This document shows positions 37,733 to 41,571 of a stretch of 41,571 bases of DNA, piece after piece (the first letter of the stretch is position 1; every line of letters starts with the position of its first letter). The notes below the pieces were generated by a model. It had not been told where the DNA came from. It saw only the letters and a program-made list of their open reading frames with translations, and made no database searches. Source of the DNA: Balneolaceae bacterium (GTDB lineage Bacteria; Bacteroidota; Rhodothermia; Balneolales; Balneolaceae). The position numbers and the translations under genes were made by a program. The stretch covers positions 1-41,571 of the forward strand of contig JAWVZC010000001.1 of assembly GCA_033722415.1 (NCBI GenBank). Reading direction: 5' to 3'.

Positions 37733-40700
37733 TTAACTTTCGACTCCTTCCTTAAGTTCTGGTGCGTAGGTTGTTTCCATTCTCTCGTACAACCTCCACT
37801 GCTCATCCACATGCTTCTGGGCCTGCTCCATCAGCATGCTTGCCGCTTCCGGATCTGCCTTGGAGAGCATCATGTACCTCATCTCGTTGTAGGCATATTC
37901 CTTGAACGCTATTTTGGGCGCCTTGGAGTCGAGCTGAAACGGATTCTCATTTTCCATTTTCCTGGACGGATCAAATCTAAACAGCGGCCAGTACCCGGAG
38001 TCAACCGCTAGCTGCTGCTGATTCAGTCCGTACTTCATATCGTAGCCGTGTGCAATACAGTGGCTGTAGGCGATGATTAATGACGGTCCGGGATACCGCT
38101 CGGCTTCAATAATCGCCTTGATCGTCTGCCGGTCGTTGGCTCCCATGGCCACCCGTGCCACATAGGCCTGTTCACCGGCGATCGACATCAAGCCGAGATC
38201 CTTTTTCCCGGTGCGTTTACCCGCAGCGGCAAATTTGGCCACAGCTCCCAACGGAGTCGCCTTCGAACATTGTCCGCCGGTATTGGAGTATACTTCGGTA
38301 TCCATGACGAGGATGTTAATATCCCGCCCGCTGGCCAGCACATGATCCAGCCCTCCGTAACCGATATCGTAGGCCCAGCCATCGCCGCCGAAGATCCACA
38401 CACTCTTTCGGACCAGATAATCGGCCACACTCCTCAACATCGTCACCTCTTTACTATCTGCTTTCTTGAGGGCTTCCTTGAGGCGTTCCACGCGTTCACG
38501 CTGCTCGAAGATGCCCGGTTCGGTAGACTGATCGGCATTCAGGATTTCCTCTTTCAGTTCCTTGTCAATGCTTCCGTTCATCTGGCTGAGAAGATTCCTG
38601 GCCTGTTCAGTCTGCTTGTCGATCGTCAGCCTGAAGCCATAACCGAATTCGGCATTATCCTCAAACAGAGAATTTGACCAGGCCGGACCCAGCCCCTGCT
38701 CGTTCGTAGTATAGGGTGTGGCCGGCAGGTTGCCCCCGTAGATCGAGGAACATCCCGTAGCATTGGCAATCACCATACGATCGCCGTATAGCTGCGTAAT
38801 CAGTTTGATATAGGGTGTTTCACCACAGCCTGCACAGGCTCCTGAAAACTCAAACAGTGGTTCAAGAAGCTGTGAACCCTTGACGGTATCGTGTCGCAGT
38901 TCAGCACGGTCGTACTCGGGAATATCCTTGAAGAATTCCCAGTTCTCCTTTTCCTGCTCGAGCAGCGGCTCCAGTGCCTCCATATTCAGCGCCTTGCGGC
39001 CAGTTTGCTTGCGATCCTTCGCGGGACACACTTCCACACAAAGTTCGCAGCCTGTACAGTCTTCCGGTGAAACCTGAATGCTAATTTTGGTATTGTCCGG
39101 CCACTGGCGACCACGCGCATCCATATATTTGAAGGTGTCCGGAGCATCTTCCAGCAATTCGCCGTCAAAGGCTTTTTCGCGAATTACGGCATGCGGACAG
39201 ACCAGCATACACTTACCACACTGGATACAGATATCCGGTTCGAGAACCGGGATTTCCTGGGCGATATTCCGTTTTTCCCACTTGGTGGTTCCGGTCGGGA
39301 ACGTGCCATCGGGTTCAAAGGCACTCACGGGAAGATCGTCACCGTTACCGGCTATTATTTCTGCTATGACCTTTTGTACGTATTCAGGTGCTTCTTCAGG
39401 CACGGGGGGCTTCATCTCCAGATCGGAATCGGCTGAGGAGGGTACCTCAATTTTGTGCAGATTTTCGATCGAGTTATCGACCGCTGCGTAGTTGCTTTGC
39501 AGCACCTTCTCCCCTTTGCTGCCGTAAGCCTTCTTAATGGCGTCCTTAATTAACAGGATCGCTTTTTCTTTGGGTAGAATTTTTGAAATCGCAAAAAAGC
39601 AGGTCTGCATCACGGTATTGATACGAGTACCCATACCGTTCTCGCGAGCCACCTTGTATGCATCGATACTGTAGAATTCCAGATCTTTATCAATGATTTG
39701 CTGTTGCACCTTTTTGGGCAGCTGATCCCATACCTCGTCGGCAGGGTACGGGGCGTTAAGCAGGAAAGTGGAACCAGGTCGTGCCTGTTTCAGCATATCA
39801 AATTTCTCCAGGAACTGGAACTGGTGACAGGCCACAAAGTTGGCTTTGTCAATCAAGTACGCCGACCTTATTGGGTTGGGACCGAACCTTAGGTGGGAAA
39901 CAGTCTGGGCGCCCGATTTCTTCGAATCATAAACAAAGTAACCCTGTGCATAAAAATCGGTGTTATCCCCGATAATCTTAATTGAATTCTTATTGGCACT
40001 TACCGTACCGTCTGAACCCAATCCATAGAACAGGCCCTCGAAGACCTCCTCGTCGCTCTCCCAACCCTCGATTTCATACTCCAGGCTGGTATTGGTAATA
40101 TCATCGTGAATACCGATGGTAAAATGATTTTTGGGCTTGCTTTCTTCCAATTCTTCAAACACCCGTTTAACCATCAACGGAGTAAACTCTTTTGAGGAGA
40201 GCCCGTACCGGCCGTTGATCACTTTGGGTTCGTTTTCAAACGATTTCCAGGATTCCACCCTGTTCTCCTGCATCGCCGACAATACATCGTTGTAGAGCGG
40301 TTCGCCGGTACTTCCGGGCTCTTTGGTCCGGTCGAGAGCGGCAATAGCCTGAACTGTTTCAGGTAGTACTTCAATCAGGTGCTGCATGCTGAAAGGGCGG
40401 TAAAGACGGACTTTAATCAACCCCACCTTTTCGCCTTCTCGGTTCAAACGTTCCACAGTTTCATGGGCAGTTTCCGCACCTGATCCCATAAGCATTATGA
40501 CCCGCTCAGCATCTTCTGGTCCGTGATACTCAAACAGTTTGTAGGAGCGGCCGGTCAGTTCAGCAAATTGGTCCATTTTCTGCTGCACAATACCCGGACA
40601 AGCATCGTAATATTTGTTAACGGTTTCTCGAGCCTGGAAAAAGACATCCGGGTTCTGAGCCGTACCCCGAAGTACGGGACGATCCGGAGTCAACGCCCGG

Positions 40701-41314
40701 TTGCGGTGTTCAATAATCCGGTCATCATTAATCATTGCCCGCATGACATCCGTTGGTATCTGGACAATTTTCTGTACCTCATGAGAAGTTCTGAAGCCAT
40801 CAAAAAAATGGATGAAAGGGATGCGAGACTCCAGCGTTGAAGCGTGTGCAATCAAGGCCATATCCATCGCTTCCTGCACACTGTTAGAGCTCAACAGAGC
40901 CATTCCCGTTGATCGCATCGCCATGGTGTCACTGTGATCTGCAAAAATGGAGAGTGCGTGAGTTGCAACAGTTCTGGAGGCTACATGCACAACGGCGGGG
41001 GTAAGTTCACCTGCGATTTTGTAGAGATTCGGCATCATCAAGAGCAACCCCTGGGAGGCGGTAAATGTGGAACCGAGCGCGCCAGTCTGCAACGCGCCGT
41101 GCAGAGTACCTGCTGCGCCTCCTTCACTTTGCAGTTCTACAACCTCTGGTACCGTACCCCAGATGTTTTTCCTCCCGGCCATCGTCCACTCGTCTGCCCA
41201 CTCTCCCATTGGGGAAGCAGGGGTAATGGGATAGATGGCAATGACTTCGCTCAGCTTATGAGCAACATATGCGGTTGCCTGGTTTGCGTCAATCGTGACT
41301 GTTTGATTCGACAT
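37733..41314 (-). CDS. nifJ: Pyruvate:ferredoxin (flavodoxin) oxidoreductase
   Basis: AIYPITPASPM, QSEGGAAG, two ferredoxin motifs (CIQCGKC..CP, CTGCELC..CP), FEFSGACAGCGETPY and GGDGWAYDIG. A GGAGGA Shine-Dalgarno favours the ATG at 41314 over 41320. Confidence 0.98.
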   Translation of the reverse strand: MSNQTVTIDANQATAYVAHKLSEVIAIYPITPASPMGEWADEWTMAGRKNIWGTVPEVVELQSEGGAAGTLHGALQTGALGSTFTASQGLLLMMPNLYKIAGELTPAVVHVASRTVATHALSIFADHSDTMAMRSTGMALLSSNSVQEAMDMALIAHASTLESRIPFIHFFDGFRTSHEVQKIVQIPTDVMRAMINDDRIIEHRNRALTPDRPVLRGTAQNPDVFFQARETVNKYYDACPGIVQQKMDQFAELTGRSYKLFEYHGPEDAERVIMLMGSGAETAHETVERLNREGEKVGLIKVRLYRPFSMQHLIEVLPETVQAIAALDRTKEPGSTGEPLYNDVLSAMQENRVESWKSFENEPKVINGRYGLSSKEFTPLMVKRVFEELEESKPKNHFTIGIHDDITNTSLEYEIEGWESDEEVFEGLFYGLGSDGTVSANKNSIKIIGDNTDFYAQGYFVYDSKKSGAQTVSHLRFGPNPIRSAYLIDKANFVACHQFQFLEKFDMLKQARPGSTFLLNAPYPADEVWDQLPKKVQQQIIDKDLEFYSIDAYKVARENGMGTRINTVMQTCFFAISKILPKEKAILLIKDAIKKAYGSKGEKVLQSNYAAVDNSIENLHKIEVPSSADSDLEMKPPVPEEAPEYVQKVIAEIIAGNGDDLPVSAFEPDGTFPTGTTKWEKRNIAQEIPVLEPDICIQCGKCMLVCPHAVIREKAFDGELLEDAPDTFKYMDARGRQWPDNTKISIQVSPEDCTGCELCVEVCPAKDRKQTGRKALNMEALEPLLEQEKENWEFFKDIPEYDRAELRHDTVKGSQLLEPLFEFSGACAGCGETPYIKLITQLYGDRMVIANATGCSSIYGGNLPATPYTTNEQGLGPAWSNSLFEDNAEFGYGFRLTIDKQTEQARNLLSQMNGSIDKELKEEILNADQSTEPGIFEQRERVERLKEALKKADSKEVTMLRSVADYLVRKSVWIFGGDGWAYDIGYGGLDHVLASGRDINILVMDTEVYSNTGGQCSKATPLGAVAKFAAAGKRTGKKDLGLMSIAGEQAYVARVAMGANDRQTIKAIIEAERYPGPSLIIAYSHCIAHGYDMKYGLNQQQLAVDSGYWPLFRFDPSRKMENENPFQLDSKAPKIAFKEYAYNEMRYMMLSKADPEAASMLMEQAQKHVDEQWRLYERMETTYAPELKEGVES

Positions 41315-41571
41315 GATCATTCCTCCGGATATAATTCAATATCATTTGTTGATGCATTTTTATTAAAATATTCTAGCGGACCTAATTGGCCTTGTTTCCC
41401 ACACTGACAAAGTTTTTGCCGTTGTTTACCTCATTCACCAATTCCTCCAGCGAAGTATCATTAAAAAGATGGTAGACTTTGTTTCGAATATTCTCATATT
41501 CGTGATGTATGGGACACGGATCACTGCTGTCACATTTTTTAAATCCAAAACCGCACTGCTCAAAAATATCC

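Noticed and set aside
41321-41571. FNR/Crp/Rex-type site upstream of nifJ
   Set aside because: Only half-sites (TTGAT, TGTGA) were seen, with no correctly spaced palindrome.

Overview
The window has three parts and probably comes from a halophilic FCB-group bacterium, most likely Balneolota/Bacteroidota. That assignment is inferred from the protein families, the acidic proteins and a TAnnTTTG promoter. (1) 1-17.8 kb, minus strand: the first part of an extracellular contractile injection system (eCIS, AlgoCIS/Afp/PVC-like). Gene order is cap DUF4255, putative cap adaptor, two sheaths, two tubes, a 55-aa plug missed by the ORF track, a LysM tube initiator, VgrG spike, PAAR, gp25, two large baseplate wedges, and a fibre/crown-like gene that runs off the left edge. 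A stand-alone AraC-like HTH gene lies upstream. (2) 18.4-23.4 kb: tRNA-His(GTG) and tRNA-Glu(TTC), a decayed and internally deleted IS21 (istA/istB), an IS1182 element with perfect terminal inverted repeats and a frameshifted transposase, then an AT-rich spacer. (3) 23.4-41.3 kb, minus strand: pyruvate:ferredoxin oxidoreductase, a DHOD-like flavoprotein, ferredoxin and 2-oxoacid:ferredoxin oxidoreductase alpha/beta. Directly after these comes a tightly coupled seven-gene operon: ASPIC/UnbV lipoprotein, a hydrazine-synthase-alpha-like c-type cytochrome, a beta-propeller/di-haem peroxidase fusion resembling hydrazine synthase beta+gamma, a second propeller, a Rid/chorismatase-like protein and two orphan periplasmic binding proteins. 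This HZS-like operon in a non-anammox background is the best candidate for an undescribed system.
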